Of a DNA stretch of 64,000 nucleotides, positions 55,663-64,000 are shown piece by piece. The notes beneath the pieces are model-generated. The model was given only the letters and a program-made list of their open reading frames with translations. It had not been told where the DNA came from and made no database searches. Numbering within the stretch: position 1 is the first letter of the stretch; every line of letters starts with the position of its first letter. Made by a program: the position numbers and the translations under genes. This stretch comes from Lachnospiraceae bacterium UBA7060 (GTDB lineage: Bacteria > Bacillota > Clostridia > Lachnospirales > Lachnospiraceae): NCBI GenBank assembly GCA_002493835.1, contig DLAA01000017.1:375-64374 (forward strand). Reading direction: 5' to 3'.

Positions 55663-56685
55663 ATGCATAAAACGAGAAAACAAAGATATTTGTTGGCTAT
55701 GGCTTTGCTTGGCACAGGAACGCTTTTCTTTTTTGCATTGAACGTCTGCATCGGGAGCGCTGGAATGCCCCTGCTTAAGATTGTGAGGACGTTTATAGGA
55801 AAAGAAAACGAGGAAACCATAGTGAGAATCCTGTGGGATATCAGGCTGCCCAGGGCAGCAGCGGCTTGGATTTTGGGAGGAGCCCTTGCTCTTGCCGGAT
55901 ATCTTTTGCAGACTTTTTTTAATAATCCTATTGCCGGGCCCTTTGTACTTGGAATCTCTTCGGGGGCAAAGATGATGGTGTCACTTATGATGGTCTTTCT
56001 CATGAAAAGGGCTGTCAGGGTATCCTCGGCGGTTATGATTTTTGCAGCCTTTATCGGGGCAATGCTGTCAATGGGATTTGTACTGCTTATGTCGCGGCGG
56101 GTAGCCAACATGTCGATGTTGGTGGTGAGCGGTGTTATGATCGGTTATATCTGTTCGGCGGTCACAGAGCTGATAGTCACTTTTGCGGATGATGCGGATA
56201 TCGTAAATCTTCACAATTGGTCGCGGGGAAGTTTTTCAGGGATGACTTGGGAAAATGTAAAAGTTATGATGGCGGTTGTCTCCATAACTTTTGCTGCTGT
56301 TTTTCTATTGTCAAAGCCGCTTGACGCTTATCGGATGGGAGAAGTTTATGCGCGGAATGTGGGCGTGAACGTTCGGCTTTTACGGGTGGGCATTGTGTTT
56401 TTTTCCAGCGTTCTGTCGGCCTGTATCGTAGCTTTCGCGGGCCCTGTTTCCTTTGTAGGAATCGCAGCACCGCATTTGGCGAAAAGGCTTCTTGGAACGG
56501 CGGAACCGATCTGGATGATTCCGGCCTGTTTTATGGGTGGCAGCGTTTTCTGCCTGTTTAGTGATTTACTTGCCAGAATGATACTTGCGCCGACAGAGCT
56601 TTCCATCAGCACGGTAACGGCAGTTTTTGGAGCACCTGTGGTCCTCTGGATTGTGGCGGCAAAACAGAGAGAAAATACGGTGTAA
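55663..56685 (+). CDS. FecCD/BtuC-family ABC permease
   Basis: IRLPR, FFNNPIAGPFVLGISSGA, GPVSFVGIAAPH. Confidence 0.93.
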   Translation: MHKTRKQRYLLAMALLGTGTLFFFALNVCIGSAGMPLLKIVRTFIGKENEETIVRILWDIRLPRAAAAWILGGALALAGYLLQTFFNNPIAGPFVLGISSGAKMMVSLMMVFLMKRAVRVSSAVMIFAAFIGAMLSMGFVLLMSRRVANMSMLVVSGVMIGYICSAVTELIVTFADDADIVNLHNWSRGSFSGMTWENVKVMMAVVSITFAAVFLLSKPLDAYRMGEVYARNVGVNVRLLRVGIVFFSSVLSACIVAFAGPVSFVGIAAPHLAKRLLGTAEPIWMIPACFMGGSVFCLFSDLLARMILAPTELSISTVTAVFGAPVVLWIVAAKQRENTV

Positions 56686-56698
56686 ATAGGATATCAGC

Positions 56699-57487
56699 AT
56701 GATAGATTGTTATTTTTACACAAAAAAAATGTGTGTAGGATATGACGGAAGCCCCTTGATTAAGGAGATTACGATTGCACTAAAGCGAGGCGAAATTCTG
56801 ACATTGATCGGGCCTAATGGGGCGGGAAAATCGACAATACTAAAAAGTATTGCCGGGCAGCTTTCCCTGCTTGGCGGAAAAGTCTGTCTGAATGAGAAGG
56901 ATCTGTCGCAGCAAAAGGCAGGGGAGCTTGCAAAAAAAATGTCGGTGGTATTCACGCAGAGGGTAAAAGCCGAGCTGAAAAGCTGCAGGGATGTGGTCGC
57001 CACAGGACGTTATCCTTATACAGGATGGTTTGGCAGGATGTCAGGGGAGGATGAGCGGATTGTCGATGAGGCGATGGAAGCAGTGCATATTACTGATATT
57101 TCCGATCGAGATTTTGACAGGATAAGTGATGGACAAAAGCAGCGGGTCATGCTTGCGCGGGCCATTTGCCAGGAACCGGAGGTGATCATTTTGGATGAGC
57201 CGACTTCTTATCTGGATATCAGATATAAGCTGGAATTCCTGAAAATATTGCAGGAAATGAGGGTTAGCAAGAGGCTTACGGTCATCATGTCACTGCATGA
57301 ATTGGAGCTTGCGAAGATAGTATCTGATAAGGTCCTGTGCCTGAAAGGGGAGTATGTTCTAAAATATGGCACACCGGAGGAAGTATTTATATCCGATTTT
57401 ATAGAGCAGCTTTTTGATATCAGGGAAGCAGATTTTCAAGCAGACGAAAAACTCCTTTCCTACATCAGACAGGTGGGGAGGCTATGA
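56699..57487 (+). CDS. ABC transporter ATP-binding protein (BtuD/FepC-like)
   Basis: GPNGAGKST, SDGQKQR, ILDEPT, SLH. Confidence 0.93.
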   Translation: MIDCYFYTKKMCVGYDGSPLIKEITIALKRGEILTLIGPNGAGKSTILKSIAGQLSLLGGKVCLNEKDLSQQKAGELAKKMSVVFTQRVKAELKSCRDVVATGRYPYTGWFGRMSGEDERIVDEAMEAVHITDISDRDFDRISDGQKQRVMLARAICQEPEVIILDEPTSYLDIRYKLEFLKILQEMRVSKRLTVIMSLHELELAKIVSDKVLCLKGEYVLKYGTPEEVFISDFIEQLFDIREADFQADEKLLSYIRQVGRL

Positions 57488-57490
57488 AAC

Positions 57491-59044
57491 ATGGCGAAGG
57501 TTGTTATGGTGCAGGGGACCATGTCTGGTGTAGGGAAGAGTCTGCTTGTGGCCGGACTGTGCAGGATTATGAAGCGGGATGGCTATAGGGTTGCACCCTT
57601 TAAATCACAGAATATGGCTCTCAATTCCTTTGTCACGAAAGAGGGATTGGAGATGGGCAGAGCACAGGTCATGCAGGCAGAGGCGGCTGGGATGGATCCG
57701 ATGGTTTGTATGAATCCCATTCTGCTAAAGCCGACGGACCATACGGGCTCTCAGGTGATTGTAAATGGACGAGCTATTGGCAATATGCGTGCGAGGGAAT
57801 ATTTTTCCTATAAAAAGACACTGCTGCCAGAGATTGGTAAGGCCTTTCGGAAATTGGAAGAAATAGCAGACATTATCGTCATTGAGGGGGCAGGCAGCCC
57901 AGCGGAAATCAATCTGAAGAAGAACGATATCGTTAATATGGGAATGGCCAGGCTGGTAGATGCTCCGGTGCTGCTGGTGGGAGATATTGACAGAGGAGGC
58001 GTGTTTGCGCAGCTTCTTGGGACGTTGCTTTTGCTCTCAGAGGAGGAGAAAAAACGGATCAGAGGCCTTGTCATCAATAAATTCAGAGGGGACCGTTCTT
58101 TATTGGATTCCGGGATAGAAATATTGGAGAAGAAAGGCGGCATTCCTGTAACCGGGGTGATTCCCTATATGGAAATCATGTTGGAAGATGAGGACAGCTT
58201 GACTGAGCGCTTTGCAAAAAGGGAAGAAGGAGTCGTTGACCTGGCGGTGATCCATTACCCGAGAATTTCTAATTTTACAGATTTTAACATTTTTGAACAA
58301 ATCTTTGGCGTTTCGGTACGCTATGTGAATTCTGTGGCAAATCTGGGAAGGCCGGATATGATTTTCCTGCCGGGTAGCAAAAACACAATGGAAGATCTTG
58401 CCTGGATGCGAAGTAACGGTCTGGAGAGCGCGGTCAGGGAATTGGCACAGGACGTGCCGGTCTGTGGTATCTGCGGCGGTTATCAAATGCTTGGCAGAGA
58501 AATCCTAGACCCGGAGGGTGTGGAGTCCGCAGGTGCGATAAGGGGCATGGGGCTTCTCCCTGTCAGAACGATTCTGCAGGGAGAAAAAGTGTGTCGTCAG
58601 GTAAGAGGGATTGTGAATCAGGTGGAAGGTGTTTTTTCCGCACTTTCCGGACTGTGCTATGAGGGATATGAGATTCATATGGGCAGGACAGAGAACATTG
58701 CCGGGGCAGTATGTGGGTCAGTGGAACAACTGCAGGAGGAGCAGCTGCTTGAACCGGGCGTATTTGTCTCCGGGGGAGCCACAAACGTGTATGGAACTTA
58801 TGTGCATGGCGTTTTTGATCAGGGCGGCGCAGCGCTTTCCCTTGTGGAGGCGTTAGCCAGGAGGAAAGGTATTTTGTCGGGATCGGCAATGTATGAAGAG
58901 AGCGTCCCGTGGGATTGGAATTGTGCCTGCATGGATTATCGGGCATTTAAGGAGAACCAGTATGATAAGCTGGCTGATATTCTGTCGGCACATTTGAATA
59001 TGGAGGAAATATATGGAATACTTCGAGAAGCCCATCTGCAGTGA
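57491..59044 (+). CDS. cobQ: Cobyric acid synthase
   Basis: [48 protein letters not shown]. Confidence 0.96.
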   Translation: MAKVVMVQGTMSGVGKSLLVAGLCRIMKRDGYRVAPFKSQNMALNSFVTKEGLEMGRAQVMQAEAAGMDPMVCMNPILLKPTDHTGSQVIVNGRAIGNMRAREYFSYKKTLLPEIGKAFRKLEEIADIIVIEGAGSPAEINLKKNDIVNMGMARLVDAPVLLVGDIDRGGVFAQLLGTLLLLSEEEKKRIRGLVINKFRGDRSLLDSGIEILEKKGGIPVTGVIPYMEIMLEDEDSLTERFAKREEGVVDLAVIHYPRISNFTDFNIFEQIFGVSVRYVNSVANLGRPDMIFLPGSKNTMEDLAWMRSNGLESAVRELAQDVPVCGICGGYQMLGREILDPEGVESAGAIRGMGLLPVRTILQGEKVCRQVRGIVNQVEGVFSALSGLCYEGYEIHMGRTENIAGAVCGSVEQLQEEQLLEPGVFVSGGATNVYGTYVHGVFDQGGAALSLVEALARRKGILSGSAMYEESVPWDWNCACMDYRAFKENQYDKLADILSAHLNMEEIYGILREAHLQ

Positions 59045-60164
59045 TTATCATACGCGGGAAATTCTGGCGGGGCTAAAGGTGAATGTCCCCGATAAAGAGA
59101 TTTATCGGAATATACTGCGAAGATGGGATGGAATTGCGAAACCCCTGGATAGTATGGGCAGATTTGAAAGGATGACGGCAAAAATTGGTGCGATTTTGGG
59201 CACAGAGGAAATTGATATTGGGAAAAAGGCGGTTGTCATTATGTGTGCGGATAATGGCATCGTGGAAGAAGGGGTGAGTCAGTCCGGGCAGGAGGTGACG
59301 GCAGCTGTGGCTGCGCAGATGGGAAAAGGATCCTCCTCTGTGGGAAAAATGGCTGCGAAGATCGGTGCGGACACCATCCCCATTGATATCGGAATCAACT
59401 GTGAAGAATCAATTCCGGGGACATTTTCTCATAAAATTTGCCGGGGGACGAGAAATTTTAGAAAGGAACCGGCCATGTCGCATGAGGAAGCGATACAGGC
59501 TGTTCTTGTAGGTATCAATGTTGCAGCATCCTGCAAGCAGCGGGGATACCGTCTGCTGGCTACAGGAGAGATGGGGATCGGAAATACTACTACAAGCAGT
59601 GCGGTGGCTGCAGCGCTGCTTGACTGCGATCCGAATGAGGTGATAGGGAGAGGCGCCGGTTTGAGTGATGAAGGACTGTACCGCAAACGCCAGATTATCG
59701 GAGAGACGATTGCCAGGTATCAACTTGCCGGAGCGGATCCGATCCACATTCTTGAGTCGGTAGGAGGACTGGATATTGCGGGGCTTTCTGGGATTTGTAT
59801 CGGCGGAGCCCTCTCTCATATACCGATTGTGCTGGACGGTGTGATCAGCATGACTGCAGCGCTTCTCGCTGAGCGGATTGTACCGGGAACAGTGCAGTAT
59901 CTTGTAGCATCTCACAGAGGAAAAGAACCGGCAGTGGAGAAACTGACACGGGAACTAAGGCTGGAGCCAGTCATAGACGGGGAGATGGCGCTGGGGGAGG
60001 GAACGGGCGCAGTTATGATGATGGCACTTTTAGATATGGCCCTTTGCATCTATCAGGAGGGAAATTCCTTTTCAGAAATTCGTGTTGCACCTTATGAGAG
60101 ATATGCGGAGAGGAAGCATATCCTTTCCGAAAGAGAAGATGCTTTGGAGGAAGCTTCGCCATGA
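59013..60164 (+). CDS. cobT: Nicotinate-nucleotide-dimethylbenzimidazole phosphoribosyltransferase
   Basis: [37 protein letters not shown]. Confidence 0.95.
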   Translation: MEYFEKPICSDYHTREILAGLKVNVPDKEIYRNILRRWDGIAKPLDSMGRFERMTAKIGAILGTEEIDIGKKAVVIMCADNGIVEEGVSQSGQEVTAAVAAQMGKGSSSVGKMAAKIGADTIPIDIGINCEESIPGTFSHKICRGTRNFRKEPAMSHEEAIQAVLVGINVAASCKQRGYRLLATGEMGIGNTTTSSAVAAALLDCDPNEVIGRGAGLSDEGLYRKRQIIGETIARYQLAGADPIHILESVGGLDIAGLSGICIGGALSHIPIVLDGVISMTAALLAERIVPGTVQYLVASHRGKEPAVEKLTRELRLEPVIDGEMALGEGTGAVMMMALLDMALCIYQEGNSFSEIRVAPYERYAERKHILSEREDALEEASP

Positions 60165-60718
60165 TGGTGTTGGTGATTGGGGGAAGTGGCAGCGGTAAGT
60201 CTGCCTATGCTGAGAAACTTTCAGATGAGCTGATGGGGGTCTGGAAATATTATCTTGCCACCATGCATATCTTTGATGACGAGAGCCGCAGGAAGGTAGA
60301 AAGGCATCAAAGCGCAAGAGACGGGGAGGGATTTTTTACGGTAGAACAGCCCACAGATATTCACAGGGCACTTGAGAAAATGGGGACAAGAAGAGACATT
60401 ATTTTGCTGGAATGTATTTCGAACTTGACAGCCAACGAGATGTTTTCCGAAAGAGAGAAAAAGGCAGAGAATAAAGTTGTGGAAACTGTTGTGAGCGGTG
60501 TGGAGACCTTGCGGGAAGCAGCGACAAACCTGATTGTGGTGAGTAATAATTTGTTTGAGGATGGCGTTGTTTACGATGAGACGACTATGGCTTACATGCG
60601 TGCCATGGGAAGGATTAACCGACGGCTGGCTATGCTGGCTGACCGGGTTGTGGAAGTGGTGGCTGGGATACCAATTGACTTGAAATATATAATATCGTGT
60701 GAAATGCAGTGTGGGTAG
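60161..60718 (+). CDS. cobU: Adenosylcobinamide kinase/guanylyltransferase
   Basis: IGGSGSGKSAYAE, YLATM, RH, LLECISNL, VVAGIP. Confidence 0.9.
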   Translation: MMVLVIGGSGSGKSAYAEKLSDELMGVWKYYLATMHIFDDESRRKVERHQSARDGEGFFTVEQPTDIHRALEKMGTRRDIILLECISNLTANEMFSEREKKAENKVVETVVSGVETLREAATNLIVVSNNLFEDGVVYDETTMAYMRAMGRINRRLAMLADRVVEVVAGIPIDLKYIISCEMQCG

Positions 60719-60743
60719 AGGGAATTTTACAGGAGAGACTGCT

Positions 60744-61514
60744 ATGCGGATTGTTAAATCATTTTTTATTGCTGTGAGCATGTATTCTAGAATTCCGGTA
60801 CCGCGGTTTGAATGGCGTAAGGAGGATATGCGCTATCTATTCTGCTTCTTCCCATGGATCGGAGCGCTGATCGGTGTCTGTGTTTATCTGTGGGTCGGAC
60901 TGTGTGATGCGTATTTGATTGGGAGCTTGTGCCGGACGACTGGGGCGGCAGCACTTTCTCTTTTGATAACCGGGGGTTTTCACGCAGATGGTTTTCTGGA
61001 CACGATGGATGCCATCCACTCCTACCAGCCAAGAGAGAGAAAATTGGAGATCTTAAAGGATTCCCATATTGGTGCTTTCGCAGTCATATTATTTATCTTA
61101 TATGAGTTGGTGTATCTTGGTGCATTTTCTGAGATCGGGGAAGAGAAAGCGCTCAGAGCTGTGTGCGGCGGTTTTTTTCTGTCACGCTGTCTTTGCGGGA
61201 TCAGCGCACTTTCCTTTCCGCAGGCGAGGAAGGAGGGAATGCTCGCCTCGGCAGTAGGACAAGCCAGCCGAAAGATTGGAAAGGCAGCTCTTTATGTACA
61301 GACGATTGTCTGTGTGGGTGTCATGATTTTTCTGTCGGGGATAGCAGGGCTGGCAGTGTCCGGAACGGCGGTCTTTTTGCTCTTTTTTTACTTCTACTTG
61401 ACCAAAAAGGAGTTTGGAGGCGTTACGGGTGATACTTCCGGATATTTTATCCTTCTCTGTGAGGGAGGCATGGCTGTGGCTGCGGCTGTGTGCAGCGTGG
61501 CGGGTATTCTGTGA
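60744..61514 (+). CDS. cobS: Adenosylcobinamide-GDP ribazoletransferase (cobalamin synthase)
   Basis: TGGFHADGFLDTMDA, ILKDSHIGAF, FGGVTGD. Confidence 0.95.
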   Translation: MRIVKSFFIAVSMYSRIPVPRFEWRKEDMRYLFCFFPWIGALIGVCVYLWVGLCDAYLIGSLCRTTGAAALSLLITGGFHADGFLDTMDAIHSYQPRERKLEILKDSHIGAFAVILFILYELVYLGAFSEIGEEKALRAVCGGFFLSRCLCGISALSFPQARKEGMLASAVGQASRKIGKAALYVQTIVCVGVMIFLSGIAGLAVSGTAVFLLFFYFYLTKKEFGGVTGDTSGYFILLCEGGMAVAAAVCSVAGIL

Positions 61515-61580
61515 GGTAATCTTTTACGAGTCTTTTATGTCTGTTGACAGCGCAAAAAACGTTTCGGAATGGAGGTAAAA

Positions 61581-61976
61581 ATGAGACTGGTAATCGGCGG
61601 GCGGGCCCAGGGAAAGCTGGATTATGTGCTTTCCAGATGGAATTTACAAAAGGATTTGGTGTGGGAAGGGATACCTGCAAAAGGGGATCTGCCTCATTTG
61701 ATAGAGCGGCGCACACCTCTGATTGTCAATCATTTCCACTTGTGGGTAAGAAGACGGATCGAGGAGGGCAGGAGTCCGGAGGAGGAGATGGCGGCTTTCT
61801 TGGATTTCTGCGAGGACTGCATTATTATCTGTGACGAGGTCGGAAATGGGATCGTTCCGATAGAGCCCTTTGAAAGAGAGTACAGGGAGCGCGTGGGCAG
61901 GCTTATGATATGGCTGGCAGACCGGGCGGAGGAGGTGGAGCGGGTCATATGTGGAATAGGGCAAAAGATCAAATGA
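61581..61976 (+). CDS. Short CobU-like paralogue
   Basis: LVIGGRAQGK, DEVGNGIVP, YRERVGR, VERVICGIG; 131 aa. Confidence 0.85.
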   Translation: MRLVIGGRAQGKLDYVLSRWNLQKDLVWEGIPAKGDLPHLIERRTPLIVNHFHLWVRRRIEEGRSPEEEMAAFLDFCEDCIIICDEVGNGIVPIEPFEREYRERVGRLMIWLADRAEEVERVICGIGQKIK

Positions 61977-62596
61977 CATTAGCGCTGATTCGGCATGGGG
62001 AGACAGAAGCAAACCGGGAGCGCCGTTATTTAGGAAAAACCGATGAGGGCCTTTCCAAGCGGGGAAGGAGGCTTTTGCTGTCCCAGCGGGAACATTATAT
62101 TTATCCCAGTGTGGCGTATTTGTTTTGCAGTCCCATGAGGCGGTGCAGGGAGACGGCGGAGATTTTGTATCCGGAAAGGAAGCCGGTTATCATACCGGAG
62201 TGGGAAGAGATACATTTTGGAGAATTTGAATATAAAAATTATGAAGAGCTGAAAGGTGATAAGCGCTACCAGGCATGGATCGACAGCGGCGGTGCGCTGG
62301 CATTTCCGGGCGGCGAGAGCAGAGAGTCGTTTGTCTTGCGATGTGGGGAAGGATTTCTTCGCATGTGTAAAATACTTTCCCGGATGGTGGATGGAGACGA
62401 GGAGGACTCTTTGTCTGTGGGGGCGATACTGCATGGAGGAACGATTATGGCACTGCTTAGCCTTTATGGAGGAATTCCTTATTTTGCATGTCAGACAGCG
62501 TGCGGAAACGGATATCTCTGCAGAGCCGAAAGATGGCGCCTTGTCGCTTTGGAGGAAAGAGAAAAGGTAAAGATAGAGGTTATGAGAAAAATATGA
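61973..62596 (+). CDS. cobC: Histidine phosphatase (alpha-ribazole phosphatase CobC-like)
   Basis: LIRHGET, SPMRRCRETA, FPGGES, HGGTI. Confidence 0.85.
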   Translation: MTLALIRHGETEANRERRYLGKTDEGLSKRGRRLLLSQREHYIYPSVAYLFCSPMRRCRETAEILYPERKPVIIPEWEEIHFGEFEYKNYEELKGDKRYQAWIDSGGALAFPGGESRESFVLRCGEGFLRMCKILSRMVDGDEEDSLSVGAILHGGTIMALLSLYGGIPYFACQTACGNGYLCRAERWRLVALEEREKVKIEVMRKI

Positions 62597-63576
62597 GTTA
62601 TCATATAATAGCTTTTTTCTTTGGTTTTTTGCTGGATCTGGTATTCGGAGATCCTTATTTTCTGCCCCATCCGATACGGCTGATCGGCAGACTGATCATG
62701 GGGACAGAGAAAAGACTGCGCGAAAGGAGGAGAGAAGCAGATGAACATACTGCATTTTTACAAGGTGTCTGGCTCGTAGTTATTGTGCTGTGCAGTGTTG
62801 CCATTGTCGTTTTTCCTCTGCTATTTATGGCCTATAGGCTGCATACGCATCTTGGACTTGTGGTGGAGTCAGTGATGACTTATCAAATTCTGGCGGTAAA
62901 GTGTCTAAAAATAGAAAGTATGAAAGTCTGTCGCTGCTTACAAGATGGGAATTTGGAACAGGCCAGGCGCGCAGTGTCCATGATTGTGGGGAGAGATACC
63001 GACTGCCTGGATGAGGAGGGCGTGGCAAAAGCAGCGATAGAGACAGTAGCAGAAAATACTTCGGACGGAGTGATTGCGCCGATGCTGTATCTGGCTGTCG
63101 GCGGCCCGGTACTGGGATTTCTCTATAAGGCGGTTAACACTATGGATTCCATGGTGGGCTATAAAAATGAAGAATATCTACATTTTGGATGGGCAGCTGC
63201 TAAATTGGATGATATCGTAAATTTTATTCCGGCAAGGGTCAGCGCTTATCTGATGATCGTGACAGTTTTTCTTTTAGGGAAACCCTATTCCGGCAAGAGT
63301 GCCATTGCCATTTATAGGAGGGACCGCAGAAAACATGCGAGTCCCAATTCTGCGCAGACAGAGGCTGTCTGTGCCGGTGCACTTGGCATACAGCTTGCGG
63401 GGGATGGTCGGTACTTTGGAGAGGTGGTGAAAAAACCGCATATCGGGAATGCATGGCGAAGGGCGGAGTATGAAGATATCAGGCGTGTCAATCGATTGCT
63501 GTATGGTACGGCGTGTCTGGGTGAGGGGTTATGTTTGTTGGTTCTGACGGCCTGTTATTTATGGAATATAAATTAG
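62593..63576 (+). CDS. cbiB: Adenosylcobinamide-phosphate synthase CbiB
   Basis: GDP..LPHP, IVGRDT, ETVAENTSDG, VNTMDSMVGY, SPNS. Confidence 0.95.
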   Translation: MSYHIIAFFFGFLLDLVFGDPYFLPHPIRLIGRLIMGTEKRLRERRREADEHTAFLQGVWLVVIVLCSVAIVVFPLLFMAYRLHTHLGLVVESVMTYQILAVKCLKIESMKVCRCLQDGNLEQARRAVSMIVGRDTDCLDEEGVAKAAIETVAENTSDGVIAPMLYLAVGGPVLGFLYKAVNTMDSMVGYKNEEYLHFGWAAAKLDDIVNFIPARVSAYLMIVTVFLLGKPYSGKSAIAIYRRDRRKHASPNSAQTEAVCAGALGIQLAGDGRYFGEVVKKPHIGNAWRRAEYEDIRRVNRLLYGTACLGEGLCLLVLTACYLWNIN

Positions 63577-63646
63577 TGCAACAAATAATGAGGGAGCTCT
63601 GCTCAAAGCGATCAAAGAGAGACATTCTAAAGAGGAGATCATCAGG

Positions 63647-64000
63647 ATGAGTAATCATGGCGGAGATGTTTACAGAAACCGGGTAGACATTGATTTTTCA
63701 GTCAATGTCAATCCCCTTGGCATACCGGAGGCTGTGTGCGCAGCGCTGCACGGCGCAGTGGAAACGTGTGGACAGTATCCCGATAGGGAGGCAGGAGAAT
63801 TGAGGCGTGCGGTCAGCGATTACTTTTCGGTGCCCAAGGGAAATCTGCTTTTTGGAAATGGGGCTTCTGAGTTATTTATGGCATTGGCGCATGGAATCAG
63901 GCCGGGAAAGACTGTGGTCCCGGTTCCGTCCTTTTATGGGTACGAGTATGCGGCGCAGGCGGTGGGAAGTAAAATTTTGTTTTATGAGTTGAAGCAGGAG
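63647..64000 (+). CDS. cobD: Threonine-phosphate decarboxylase (class I/II aminotransferase fold), partial; runs off the window
   Basis: MSNHGGDVY...DFSVNVNPLG...YPD...GNGASELF...PSFYGY; RBS GAGGAG. Confidence 0.88.
   Translation, partial: MSNHGGDVYRNRVDIDFSVNVNPLGIPEAVCAALHGAVETCGQYPDREAGELRRAVSDYFSVPKGNLLFGNGASELFMALAHGIRPGKTVVPVPSFYGYEYAAQAVGSKILFYELKQE

Noticed and set aside
63807-63992. 61-aa ORF at the window end
   Set aside because: It is an out-of-frame overlap within the partial cobD gene.

Overview
A 64 kb chromosomal window from an anaerobic, spore-forming Firmicute. Gene content and codon style suggest Lachnospiraceae/Clostridiales (inference). The first ~11 kb is accessory: eroded remnants of an ICE sigma factor, an IS256 transposase and dprA; a SAM methyltransferase; a HAD protein; an AraC regulator; a candidate anti-phage locus (SF2 helicase divergent from an orphan protein plus two tandem DUF2791/BrxD-like ATPases); and a MarR-MATE pair. 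A two-component-regulated sugar locus follows (ABC transporter, PIG-L deacetylase, GH65, HAD), then a hemerythrin fusion, an MBL hydrolase and a LysM-GH18 spore enzyme. At 25.5-30.8 kb lies an unusual four-gene operon: agmatine deiminase, a Porphyromonas PPAD-like peptidylarginine deiminase, a PsiD-like pyruvoyl decarboxylase and a C69 peptidase. Next come a GT-C-like membrane protein, an EF_0830-type/DgaE-DgaF cassette, upp, a diguanylate cyclase, an Agr-like kinase/LytTR pair, a ParB-like/BMP fusion with a metallophosphoesterase and a TlpA/CXXC/4Fe-4S trio. A cobalamin-riboswitch-controlled corrinoid uptake and late-synthesis operon runs off the right end. I saw no rRNA, tRNA or CRISPR array. 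All family calls come from motif recognition by eye, not database searches. The best candidates for undescribed systems are the deiminase/decarboxylase/peptidase operon and the helicase plus twin-DUF2791 locus.
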